Part shown: piece by piece, positions 11,861 through 20,873 of the stretch
Layout: each line of letters opens with the position of its first letter
Numbering within the stretch: the stretch's first letter is position 1
The notes under the pieces: model-generated
Seen by the model: the letters and a program-made list of their open reading frames with translations, nothing else
What the model was told of the DNA's origin: nothing
The model's database searches: none
Translations under genes and position numbers: made by a program
Source: Rickettsiales bacterium
Lineage (GTDB): Bacteria > Pseudomonadota > Alphaproteobacteria > Rickettsiales > UBA998
Reading direction: 5' to 3'
Length of the DNA stretch: 64,000 nt
Assembly: GCA_024304995.1 (NCBI GenBank)
Contig: JAMWZD010000004.1
Span: 75,282-139,281, forward strand

Positions 11861-12465
11861 GCTGCGTCTCCTTCAGCCTTTTCATCACCTGGCAAGGCAT
11901 ATTTCGCCCCTTCCCACGGGCTTAAATAATCAAAATTGCGATATGCCTGCGTCAACTTCACTGGTTCATACACCACTTCTTTTTGCTCAGGGTCATAACG
12001 CATTTCCACATATCCCGTTAATGGGAAATCTTTGCGAAGCGGATGCCCATCAAAACCATAATCCGTCAAAATGCGGCGCAGATCAGGATTATCAGAGAAG
12101 AACACGCCATATAAATCCCAGATCTCACGCTCATACCACCCTGCATTTGGGAAAATAGACACGACTGAAGGAATGGGTACACCCTCATCCGTTGCCGTTT
12201 TCACGCGAATACGCTTATTAAATTTATAACTTAACAGCTGATACACCACGTCAAAACGTAATTCTCTTTGCGGATAATCCACACCTGCAATATCTACTAG
12301 CGTTTTGAACTGACACTGAGAATCATCTTGCAAAAATGCCAGAACATCGACGATTTTGTCAGACTTTACATACAGGATAAGTTCGCCATGCAAAATTTCG
12401 GTTTCTAAAATCAGCCCTTTTAAATGCGCTGAAACATGCTGAATGAGTGAATCAAAATCCGCCAT
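11857..12465 (-). CDS. nuoC: NADH-quinone oxidoreductase subunit C (30-kDa)
   Basis: 202 aa with [14 protein letters not shown]...[12 protein letters not shown]. Overlaps nuoD by 4 nt. Confidence 0.94.
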   Translation of the reverse strand: MADFDSLIQHVSAHLKGLILETEILHGELILYVKSDKIVDVLAFLQDDSQCQFKTLVDIAGVDYPQRELRFDVVYQLLSYKFNKRIRVKTATDEGVPIPSVVSIFPNAGWYEREIWDLYGVFFSDNPDLRRILTDYGFDGHPLRKDFPLTGYVEMRYDPEQKEVVYEPVKLTQAYRNFDYLSPWEGAKYALPGDEKAEGDAA

Positions 12466-12468
12466 AAC

Positions 12469-13011
12469 TTATCGCTTTATCGTTCCTGTGCGTTCAATTT
12501 TGCGTTGCAATGTCAAAATGCCATACATCAGCGCTTCCGCCGTTGGAGGGCAACCTGGCACATATACATCGACTGGCACAATACGGTCACAACCACGCAC
12601 TACAGAATATGAATAATGATAATATCCACCGCCATTTGCGCAACTTCCCATTGAAATCACATATTTTGGCTCCGCCATCTGGTCATAAACCTTGCGAAGC
12701 GCAGGAGCCATTTTATTGCATAACGTCCCCGCTACAATCATCACATCTGCCTGACGTGGGGACGGACGAAATACTACGCCAAATCTATCCATATCATAAC
12801 GACTAGCTGCTGCCTGCATCATCTCCACCGCGCAACATGCCAGACCAAAGGTCATTGGCCACAAAGAGCCTGTCCGCGCCCAATTGACGACCTTGTCCAG
12901 ATTAGCGACCACAAAGCCTTTATCGTTAAATTCATTCATCACCTGCCCAAGCAGCGCATCCTGATTTGCGCCTGGCAGAATTGGAGATTGTGTTGTTATA
13001 TCCGTAGTCAT
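12469..13011 (-). CDS. nuoB: NADH-quinone oxidoreductase subunit B (PSST, N2 cluster)
   Basis: Contains [24 protein letters not shown] and PGCPP. Confidence 0.96.
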   Translation of the reverse strand: MTTDITTQSPILPGANQDALLGQVMNEFNDKGFVVANLDKVVNWARTGSLWPMTFGLACCAVEMMQAAASRYDMDRFGVVFRPSPRQADVMIVAGTLCNKMAPALRKVYDQMAEPKYVISMGSCANGGGYYHYSYSVVRGCDRIVPVDVYVPGCPPTAEALMYGILTLQRKIERTGTIKR

Positions 13012-13017
13012 GTTATA

Positions 13018-13383
13018 TTATTCCCACTCCAGTGCGCCTTTTTTCCACTCATACATAAATCCAATCGTCAAAATGCCCAAAAACGCCATCATAGACCAAA
13101 AGCCAAGCATTCCGATTTTACCGAGCGTCACTGCCCACGGGAACAAAAACGCCACTTCCAGATCAAAGATGATAAACAAAATCGCCACCAGATAAAAACG
13201 CACATCAAATTTGCCGCGCGCGTCTCCAAATGGCTCAAACCCGCACTCATATTGTGATAGCTGCTCAGCAGACCCTTTTCGACGATTAATAATCATCGGC
13301 GCAAACGCCATGATACATGCGATGATGATGGCAACCCCCATGAAAATGAGAATTGGGAAATAGGAAATTACGACGTCATTCAT
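13018..13383 (-). CDS. nuoA: NADH-quinone oxidoreductase subunit A
   Basis: 121-aa ND3-like protein ([32 protein letters not shown]). It is the first gene of the operon. Confidence 0.94.
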   Translation of the reverse strand: MNDVVISYFPILIFMGVAIIIACIMAFAPMIINRRKGSAEQLSQYECGFEPFGDARGKFDVRFYLVAILFIIFDLEVAFLFPWAVTLGKIGMLGFWSMMAFLGILTIGFMYEWKKGALEWE

Positions 13384-13480
13384 AGGCTAATGTTTTAACC
13401 TATCCCCCCATGACCTTCAACATCAAACTTGCATTTGCGCCATGAAAAAGACGTAATAGATATAAGTAATATCTTATATA

Positions 13481-14743
13481 TCACGCAGCATCTGTTAGTG
13501 AACGCGCAAAATCATGCGCATTGAAGACCTGTAAATCATCAATTTGTTCGCCCACACCAACAAAATGGATGTTCAATTTTTCCTGCTGCGAGAGCGCTAC
13601 CACCATGCCACCTTTTGCCGTGCCATCCAACTTGGTGACCACACATCCTGTCACTTCCACAAACTCTTTAAATGTCTGCACCTGAGAGAGCGCATTTTGC
13701 CCTGTCGTTCCGTCCAATACCATCACAATATCATGCGGTGCATCCGCATCCAGCTTCTGCAACACACGCACAATTTTTGCTAGTTCCTGCATCAGATTAT
13801 GCTTGTTCTGCAACCGTCCTGCCGTGTCAATTAACAACACATCTGCTTGCTCTTGCTTCGCTTTTTCCAGTGCTGAATATGCCACACTGGCAGGGTCTGC
13901 TTCATGCTTCCCTGTGACAATCTCCACATCTGCACGCTCAGCCCAGACCTGCAACTGCTCCACTGCTGCGGCGCGAAACGTATCTGCCGCCGCCAGCATC
14001 ACTTTATTGCCATCCGCTTTAAATTTAGATGCAATTTTGCCAATGGTTGTTGTCTTGCCGTTCCCATTCACACCAACCACCATCACTACATGCGGCGAAT
14101 GAGATTTGTCCACTTGCAGTGGCTTTTCAGATGGCTCTAACATCTGCTCAATCTCATACGCCAATGCACTACGCACTTCTTGCGTCTCAATATCTTTGTC
14201 AAAGCGTCCTTTGCTAAAATTCTTAACAATAGTTGCTGCATTCGCTGCGCCCATATCCGACATAATAAGCAATTCTTCAAGCTCATCAAGCATCTCGTCA
14301 TCCAGACGACGCTTCGTGAAAATGCCGCCTATACCACCACCAATCTGAGAAGACGTTTTGCTCAACCCTTGCTTCAGTTTGGCAAATAGACCTTTGCTTT
14401 CTGGCTCAACTGCTTCAACCTGCTCTGTTTCCAACTCAGTTTCCTGATGAGGGGCATCAGAAATGCTTATCGCTTCAAGCTCTGGATCAGTCACCTGTTC
14501 TTCAAGTTCAAGAAGTTGATCTGCCGCGTCGTCCGCAGAATCTTCTGTAAACTCTTCTGACTCAACCAATGCATAATCAGCTAGAATATCAGGGTTCTCA
14601 ATGTCATGCTGAGGCGCAACCGAAGCATCCAGAGATTCTTGCGCGAGTGGAGAGATGGATTCTTCGCTTTGCTCAGAATGACCGCTTAACTCAGACTCCT
14701 GAATTGCTTCGTCTTTTTTCTTTTTCTTAAATAACTTGAACAT
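13481..14743 (-). CDS. ftsY: Signal recognition particle receptor FtsY
   Basis: Acidic N-terminal A domain followed by an NG domain with GVNGNGKTTTIGK, DTAGRL and TKLDGTAKGG. Confidence 0.95.
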   Translation of the reverse strand: MFKLFKKKKKDEAIQESELSGHSEQSEESISPLAQESLDASVAPQHDIENPDILADYALVESEEFTEDSADDAADQLLELEEQVTDPELEAISISDAPHQETELETEQVEAVEPESKGLFAKLKQGLSKTSSQIGGGIGGIFTKRRLDDEMLDELEELLIMSDMGAANAATIVKNFSKGRFDKDIETQEVRSALAYEIEQMLEPSEKPLQVDKSHSPHVVMVVGVNGNGKTTTIGKIASKFKADGNKVMLAAADTFRAAAVEQLQVWAERADVEIVTGKHEADPASVAYSALEKAKQEQADVLLIDTAGRLQNKHNLMQELAKIVRVLQKLDADAPHDIVMVLDGTTGQNALSQVQTFKEFVEVTGCVVTKLDGTAKGGMVVALSQQEKLNIHFVGVGEQIDDLQVFNAHDFARSLTDAA

Positions 14744-14752
14744 AAACTTTAT

Positions 14753-15994
14753 TTAGTCTGCCAGCTCTGCAATTACAACCTTTCCGTCATATTTCACGGC
14801 ACGCATGGAATATATCTCACCCACTTTGCACTGTTCAGGCACAGCCACATCCACAAATTGCTCACTATGCCCCCTGCCCGCTGATTCCACAAGCACCTGC
14901 ATCTTTTGCCCCACCTTGCTGACGTAAAACGCATCAAGATTCGCCTCTCCCGCTTTGCGCAGCTGCGCTGCTCTGCTTTTGCGGACATTACCCTGCACTT
15001 GCGGCATTTTGGCAGCTGGCGTGCCATCGCGCTCAGAATATGGGAACACATGCAGATAGAGCAGCCCCGCCTCTTTCACCAGATTGAGTGTGTTCTCAAA
15101 CATCGCATCTGTTTCTGTCGGGAAACCTGCAATAATATCTGCACCGAATACCATATCAGGGCGCAAATCACGCATCTCAGCACAGAAATCCAGCGCATCC
15201 TGCCGGTTGTGACGGCGCTTCATGCGCTTGAGGATCATATCATCTCCCGCCTGCAAACTAATATGCATATGCGGCATCAGGCGTTGCTCACTTGCAATGA
15301 CTTCGCGCAGTGCGTTATCCACCTCCACGGCATCAATGGAAGAAATACGCAGGCGTGGAAGTTCTGGCACGGCGCGTAAAATGCGGGCGCATAAAATGCC
15401 CAGCGTTGGTGCGTTGGGCAAATCCTCGCCATAAGCGCTCACATCCACCCCCGTCAGCACAACCTCTTTATATCCCTTCTCCACCAGCATTTTAATTTCC
15501 TGCACCACTTCACCCATTGGCACAGAGCGGCTATTGCCGCGTCCATATGGAATGATGCAGAAGGTGCAGCGATGATTACAGCCATTTTGCACCTGCACAA
15601 AGGCACGCGTCTGCTCCGCAAAATGAGACACCATATGCGAGGCCGTTTCTTTCAGCTCCATAATGTCATTCACGCGGATACGCTCATGCGCACCCATGAA
15701 CGCATTTGGCTGCATTTTTTCTTCATTGCCAATCACGCTGCTCACTTCGGGCATGTTCGCAAAATCTTCAGGGTGAATCTGCGCGGCACAGCCCGTGACG
15801 ATAATATTTGCATCTGGCTGCTCACGGCGTTTCTTGCGGATGATTTGGCGCGTTTGGCGCTCTGCCTCAGATGTCACCGCGCAGCTATTAATGATCACCG
15901 TGTTTTGCAGCCCCGCTTTCTGCGCGTTCGTGCGCATCACTTCGCTTTCATAGGCATTCAGGCGGCAGCCCATGGTGATGACATCGACACTCAT
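14753..15994 (-). CDS. mtaB: Radical-SAM methylthiotransferase, MtaB-like (tRNA t6A37 methylthiotransferase)
   Basis: UPF0004 N-terminal domain (TMGCRLNAYESE) and a radical SAM CNHRCTFCIIP motif. The dapF-mtaB-ftsY order is typical of alphaproteobacteria. Confidence 0.8.
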   Translation of the reverse strand: MSVDVITMGCRLNAYESEVMRTNAQKAGLQNTVIINSCAVTSEAERQTRQIIRKKRREQPDANIIVTGCAAQIHPEDFANMPEVSSVIGNEEKMQPNAFMGAHERIRVNDIMELKETASHMVSHFAEQTRAFVQVQNGCNHRCTFCIIPYGRGNSRSVPMGEVVQEIKMLVEKGYKEVVLTGVDVSAYGEDLPNAPTLGILCARILRAVPELPRLRISSIDAVEVDNALREVIASEQRLMPHMHISLQAGDDMILKRMKRRHNRQDALDFCAEMRDLRPDMVFGADIIAGFPTETDAMFENTLNLVKEAGLLYLHVFPYSERDGTPAAKMPQVQGNVRKSRAAQLRKAGEANLDAFYVSKVGQKMQVLVESAGRGHSEQFVDVAVPEQCKVGEIYSMRAVKYDGKVVIAELAD

Positions 15995-16824
15995 GACCAG
16001 ACTCCTTCAGGTAATGTGCCAGAAAAGACATAATTCGCATCGCCTGTCATCAATACGTGATGACTTTTGTTTTGCTCATCGCCCTTCCATTCAATGTGTA
16101 ACATGCCACCTGGCATGTGAATATTCATCTGCGGCTGCGTCAAGCCCCTTCTGCGTGCTGCCACAGCCGTGGCACATGCCCCCGTGCCACAGGCTTGCGT
16201 CAAACCCACGCCACGTTCAAATGTTTGTAGCCTGATATTTTCGGCATCCAGCACGTGCGCAAAATTGATATTTGCCTTTTCGGGAAACAGCTTGTGCTGC
16301 TCCAGCAATGCGCCATGCGCAAGGCAATCTGTCTGTTCGATATTTTCCACAAATAACACAAGATGCGGATTGCCCATATTAACGCACACGCCTTCTGGCA
16401 AACCTGTCACGCCATGTGGCACGTGCAAACTGTCAATCGCCTCAGAAAGCGGAATCTCTGCTGAGTTGCATTTCGGCGCGCCCATATTCACCGTGACTGC
16501 TGTGTCACCAATCTCACATTGCAATAAGCCTGCTTCTGTCTGAATGTTGATGTGCCGCTTGCCTTCGCTCACCAATTTCGCCACACAGCGCGTGGCATTG
16601 CCACAAGCGCCCGCGCGGGAACCATCAGCATTGAAAATCAGCATATACACATCAGCTTTCTCACTGCTGCGCAGCACCAGAAACTGGTCACACCCAATGC
16701 CCGTTTTGCGGTTGCTCAACGCTGCCACCAATTCCGTTTTCACAGGCACATCAGCCGCCAGATGACGTTCATCAATAATGATAAAGTCATTGCCCAGCCC
16801 GTGCATTTTGTGAAATTTCGTCAT
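15991..16824 (-). CDS. dapF: Diaminopimelate epimerase
   Basis: FHKMHGLGNDFIIID start, with catalytic Cys motifs GNATRC and ACGTGACA. Confidence 0.94.
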   Translation of the reverse strand: MTKFHKMHGLGNDFIIIDERHLAADVPVKTELVAALSNRKTGIGCDQFLVLRSSEKADVYMLIFNADGSRAGACGNATRCVAKLVSEGKRHINIQTEAGLLQCEIGDTAVTVNMGAPKCNSAEIPLSEAIDSLHVPHGVTGLPEGVCVNMGNPHLVLFVENIEQTDCLAHGALLEQHKLFPEKANINFAHVLDAENIRLQTFERGVGLTQACGTGACATAVAARRRGLTQPQMNIHMPGGMLHIEWKGDEQNKSHHVLMTGDANYVFSGTLPEGVWS

Positions 16825-16976
16825 AACCAGATTTTAGCGTGTCATATTTCCGCGCACTATAAACAAAGACACCACCAAAATCCATTCATTTTGCTTTAAG
16901 CAAGATTATCTTTTTCGCTATTTCGTTCTCAGCTATTTAAAAAATGCATTTTTTTTCACTTTTTTGCAAAATAGGG

Positions 16977-17005
16977 TTGACGCGAGGCGCAATAAATGGT
17001 TTTTA
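16977..17005 (+). promoter_or_regulatory. Possible sigma70-type promoter for tRNA-Asp
   Basis: TTGACG at 16977..16982, followed 17-19 nt later by a weak T/A-rich -10 (TTTTTA/TTTACA), about 12 nt upstream of the tRNA 5' end. Sequence reading only. Confidence 0.3.
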
Positions 17006-17018
17006 CACTCCACCGAAT

Positions 17019-17095
17019 GGGGGTGTAGCTCAGCTGGTTAGAGCGCCTGCCTGTCACGCAGGAGGCCGCGGGTTCGAGTCCCGTCACTCCCGCCA
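17019..17095 (+). tRNA. tRNA-Asp (anticodon GTC)
   Basis: A 77-nt cloverleaf folded by hand. Acceptor stem is GGGGGTG/CACTCCC, the anticodon arm is CCTGC-CTGTCAC-GCAGG, the T arm is GCGGG-TTCGAGT-CCCGT, and CCA is encoded. Confidence 0.9.
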
Positions 17096-17116
17096 TTCGG
17101 TTTTTCCATTTTAAAT

Positions 17117-17941
17117 TTATATTGCGTTAGAATGTTGATTTAACTGCGCGTTACTTCTTTCATTATTGATTCTGTTTTGCCAGTGATTACTTGGAGCAAT
17201 ATCAATTTCTTTTGCTGAATATTGCGCAGGCATAATCTGCGCTGCGTTTATGGCTTGTGGACTATTGATTGCAATTCCAGATACATTTGGCGGTAAACTC
17301 CCAATATGCATAGGCGGCATGTTTGAATGATGCACAACATTCGCATTCAACCCAGAATGGGCAATGCCTTGCGGCATAATTGCCGTTGCAACTGCATTAC
17401 TATTCAAACTATCTTTTGCATAATTTTCTTCTTTAGTGCCACCCAGCAGCTTGGTTGTTGTATTTTCTGCAAAGTCGCCAATATGGTCTGATAAAAATTT
17501 TCCTGTTAGCAATTTGAGACCGATTTCTGGAAGCAACGTAAGTCCTGTGAAATTCAGCACTATCACACCCGCTTCTACCGCGCCACGCACCACTTTTCCT
17601 GTGCCACCAACTGTGTCACCTTCTCTAAACTCTCCGACCGCCTGCGCCCCGCGACCCAACAGAACCGCGCCGCCAATGATAGAATTTATTGGACCAATCT
17701 TGAATGCTGTTTTAGCACCTCCTTTTAAGCCGCCAATAATATTTCCGCCAAATGACTTTACCCCTACTGTTTCAAGCCCTTTTTGAACTGTTTCACCAAT
17801 AAGCGGCATCTGCCCAGCTATGCGATGCGCACCTGAAGTTGCACTTCTCCAACCAACTGATTTTATGGCATTATCAATATTAGCAATTTGTTTTACAACA
17901 TTGCCTGTGGTTGCAACTTTATCTACAGTATCCTGATCCAT
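17117..17941 (-). CDS. Hypothetical glycine-zipper-rich protein (orphan)
   Basis: 274-aa ORF in an AT-rich islet convergent with tRNA-Asp. It has no signal peptide, repeated GxxxG-type amphipathic segments (FGGNIIGGLKGGAKTAF, INSIIGGAVLLGRGAQAVG, GAVEAGVIVLNFTG) and a low-complexity N/Q/P/A-rich C-terminus. No family recognised. Confidence 0.55.
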   Translation of the reverse strand: MDQDTVDKVATTGNVVKQIANIDNAIKSVGWRSATSGAHRIAGQMPLIGETVQKGLETVGVKSFGGNIIGGLKGGAKTAFKIGPINSIIGGAVLLGRGAQAVGEFREGDTVGGTGKVVRGAVEAGVIVLNFTGLTLLPEIGLKLLTGKFLSDHIGDFAENTTTKLLGGTKEENYAKDSLNSNAVATAIMPQGIAHSGLNANVVHHSNMPPMHIGSLPPNVSGIAINSPQAINAAQIMPAQYSAKEIDIAPSNHWQNRINNERSNAQLNQHSNAI

Positions 17942-18066
17942 TAATTATAAGTGTTCAATATTTTCAATCTATATTATGACACTTAAAAATGACAACTATA
18001 TGTCAAATAAGTAAAAACTGCTCTTTATTTGAAAATACTTAATTTATTGTGCTTTTAATTATTGCA

Positions 18067-18327
18067 TCAACCCGCCAACAACTCGTCCAGCCCACCTTTC
18101 TGGTTCAGCGCGTATAAATCGTCAAAGCCGCCCACATGCGTATCCCCGATGAAGATTTGCGGCACGGTTTTGCGTCCGCCCGCTTTGCTCATCATTTCGT
18201 CGCGTAGTGCTGGGTCTTTGCTGATGTCAATTTCGTGAACTTCGCTCACGCCCTCGTCGCGCAGCAGCGCCGTGGCGCGGTGACAATATGGGCAGATAGG
18301 TGTTTTATACATAGTGACTTTAGGCAT
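18067..18327 (-). CDS. grxC: Glutaredoxin (Grx3-type)
   Basis: 86 aa with the CPYC active site plus TVPQIFIGDTHVGGFDDL. Confidence 0.9.
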   Translation of the reverse strand: MPKVTMYKTPICPYCHRATALLRDEGVSEVHEIDISKDPALRDEMMSKAGGRKTVPQIFIGDTHVGGFDDLYALNQKGGLDELLAG

Positions 18328-18341
18328 ATATATCCTTTAAT

Positions 18342-19019
18342 TTAAAAATCAGGGTTTTCATAATGTGCAGGAGGTTTTAACCCTCTCACACGGTCTTTCA
18401 ATACACGTTGCATAGACGGGCGGGATTTCATCAGTGCATACCAGCTTTTCAGCTTGCTGTTGCGCTTCCACGGCATATCATCCAGATAATCATAGAGTGA
18501 GATATGCGCCGCGACAGACATATCCGCGAGTGAAAAATGCTCACTGGCAATAAATTCATGTTTTTCCAGCATGGATTCAAAATAGGCGATATGATCTTCC
18601 AGAAACTTTTTCGCGCGGCGAATTTTGTTGGTGTCTGGCTGCCCCAGCTTCAACATGCTGCAAAAAAACTTCTCATGCAGCAAGGGCTGCGTCACTTCTT
18701 TAAGCAATTTATTATCTGCCCAATGAATCATGCGGCGCACTTCTGCGCGGTCACCCAGAGTTGCACCAATGAAGGAATCCACCTGATAGCCCTCTTCCAG
18801 ATATTCCGTCACCACATATGACCCACAAAGCCTCAAGCCATTGCCATCTATCATCACAGGAACATCTCCCGCAGGGTTCATCTCCAAGAACTCTTTGCGC
18901 TGCTGCCAGACAGGCTCTTCAATCAGCTTATATTCCAGTCCCATTTCGTCCATCAGCATCCGCATTTTGCGGCATGATGGCGAGAAAGATGTATGATAAA
19001 GTCGGCGAGAATCTGGCAT
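18342..19019 (-). CDS. Glutathione S-transferase family protein
   Basis: 225 aa with an N-terminal thioredoxin-like GST fold (LYHTSFSPSCRKMRMLM...NPAGDVPVM) and a helical C-terminal domain. Confidence 0.8.
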   Translation of the reverse strand: MPDSRRLYHTSFSPSCRKMRMLMDEMGLEYKLIEEPVWQQRKEFLEMNPAGDVPVMIDGNGLRLCGSYVVTEYLEEGYQVDSFIGATLGDRAEVRRMIHWADNKLLKEVTQPLLHEKFFCSMLKLGQPDTNKIRRAKKFLEDHIAYFESMLEKHEFIASEHFSLADMSVAAHISLYDYLDDMPWKRNSKLKSWYALMKSRPSMQRVLKDRVRGLKPPAHYENPDF

Positions 19020-19984
19020 CAGGCGGCATCATCCTCTATATCTTTGATAGATTCTTCTGCATAGCGATCCAGATACGCTGGCACGACCAGATCTGCATCC
19101 GTAGGCTCAATCCCCAAATCTTTAAAAGTCAAAGCATCGTCACTCACTACATTATCATATTTCAGCATTTCCACCTGATCCCTCGTGAGCGGTGGTGTTG
19201 GCAGAAACTCAGCAAAGAACGCTCCCGCACTTGCCATGCAGCTAGGCACTTTTACAAGCATACGTTCACGATTGGTCATCTGGTTAATGGTTTGCAGAAT
19301 TTCTTTAAAACTCATCACGTCTACACCGCCAAGCTCATATGTCTTCCCTTTTGTTTGCGGATTTTCGAGCGCCTTCGCATAGGCTTTGGCAACATCATCC
19401 ACATAGACGGGCTGAAACTTCGTGTTCCCACCACCAATTAAAGGCAATGCGGGCGAAAACACCCCCATTTTGGCAAATTGGTTATAAAAATTATCTTCCG
19501 CACCAAAAATGACGCTGGGCTTAAAAATGGTCGCATCTGGGAAATATTCCAGCACCGCATGTTCGCCTGCTGTTTTGCTTTTGGCATATTTTGCGGTGGT
19601 TGCCTGCTCCACTCCCAAAGCTGACATATGCAAAAAGCGCGTAACGCCTGCTTCTTTGGCATGTTGCGCCAGTTCTTTGGGCGCTTGCGTATGGATGTTG
19701 TCAAAGGTCTGCTTGCCCTTTTCAAACAAAATCCCTACCAGATTAATCACTGCATAGGAATCCTTCAACGCATTTTTATAGGTTTCTGGTTTAGTAATAT
19801 CGCCGTACACCAAAGCAATCTGCCCTACGTCACCCTGCGTTTTCAGATAAGCTGCACCTGGCACATCCCGCACAATCGCACGCACACGATAGCCCGCACG
19901 AGCAATATGTTTCACCACATACTGACCAACAAAACCTGCGCCGCCAAAGATAGTAACAATTTTATTTTCTGCTGACATTTCCAT
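19019..19984 (-). CDS. NAD(P)H-binding SDR-type protein, complex I NDUFA9 (39-kDa)-like
   Basis: 321 aa with a Rossmann GGAGFVGQYV motif. The overall pattern is typical of alphaproteobacterial NDUFA9 homologues. Confidence 0.75.
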   Translation of the reverse strand: MEMSAENKIVTIFGGAGFVGQYVVKHIARAGYRVRAIVRDVPGAAYLKTQGDVGQIALVYGDITKPETYKNALKDSYAVINLVGILFEKGKQTFDNIHTQAPKELAQHAKEAGVTRFLHMSALGVEQATTAKYAKSKTAGEHAVLEYFPDATIFKPSVIFGAEDNFYNQFAKMGVFSPALPLIGGGNTKFQPVYVDDVAKAYAKALENPQTKGKTYELGGVDVMSFKEILQTINQMTNRERMLVKVPSCMASAGAFFAEFLPTPPLTRDQVEMLKYDNVVSDDALTFKDLGIEPTDADLVVPAYLDRYAEESIKDIEDDAA

Positions 19985-20101
19985 TTCCTATATCAATCAA
20001 CTTACTTTATGCCATGAGCAGGAAAGTATAATCAAGGAGTTTATACTGATATTGTGAATAGAAGTATAATATAAACAATCTTATTCTTTCAGCATTTAAT
20101 G

Positions 20102-20869
20102 CTAATCAATAAATAGTCCATAAAATGCGCATATTTTACCCTCTTTTCCAAGATTATATTCAGCCGTATCTTCATCATTTGACGTGGTACAGCCATATCC
20201 ACCATTGGGACCAATCCATGCTTTTTGCGCAATGACGCTTCCATATACTGGGTGGCCATCATCAATTTTTTTGTCTATGTTAAATAGCTCTAATGATGTC
20301 AGATACGGTTCCCAAGGTTGATGCGCTCCACCCGATCCCCCCGCACCAGTAAAGAAAATATTTCCCTTTACTGTATTAAAATATAAATAATACCCATTTT
20401 GAAGATACTGCATCATATAATCAACATTTTCGATTGATGAGATAGGCACGTTTTCACCAGAAACAGCGTCATTTGGGCCTAAAGATCCTGCAGTACCAGT
20501 AAATTGCCCTGGCAATAAACCTGAATTGCTCAAATGTTGCCACATTCTAAACCCTTCATGATTTACAATATTTCCATCTCCGTTGCCATTGCATGTTCTT
20601 TTGTCTGTTGCCGCAATAGAACGACATGCAATGGCACTAACATTTAATGCACCCCAGAATTCCGTTGCATTATGCAGGTCTCCCGCCTTACCGTTATATT
20701 TTGCCTCAAATAAATGCATGTTGTTGCGAAACTGTTCCATTTCCTCCACTAGACCACGCAATTCAGAAGCGCGGATTAATGAACTACCAGCCGTGATGGC
20801 TCCTGCTATAACCCCTATAATAACCAGAGCTATGGCTATTTCAATTAGCGTGAACGCATTTTTAAACAT
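20102..20869 (-). CDS. Prepilin-type N-terminal cleavage/methylation domain protein, paralogue 1
   Basis: The track ORF is 20102..20905. I prefer the ATG at 20869, which gives the leader MFKNA followed by FTLIEIAIALVIIGVIAG (class III signal). The C-terminal domain of about 230 aa shares TCNGNGDGN and IDKKIDDG motifs with the upstream paralogue. Confidence 0.8.
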   Translation of the reverse strand: MFKNAFTLIEIAIALVIIGVIAGAITAGSSLIRASELRGLVEEMEQFRNNMHLFEAKYNGKAGDLHNATEFWGALNVSAIACRSIAATDKRTCNGNGDGNIVNHEGFRMWQHLSNSGLLPGQFTGTAGSLGPNDAVSGENVPISSIENVDYMMQYLQNGYYLYFNTVKGNIFFTGAGGSGGAHQPWEPYLTSLELFNIDKKIDDGHPVYGSVIAQKAWIGPNGGYGCTTSNDEDTAEYNLGKEGKICAFYGLFID

Positions 20870-20873
20870 ATCA

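Noticed and set aside
13449-13465. The inverted repeat AGATAT-TACTT-ATATCT near the nuoA upstream region and ftsY 3' end.
   Set aside because: It is short and AT-rich, so it is expected by chance. There is no adjacent U-tract or recognisable promoter element to give it meaning.
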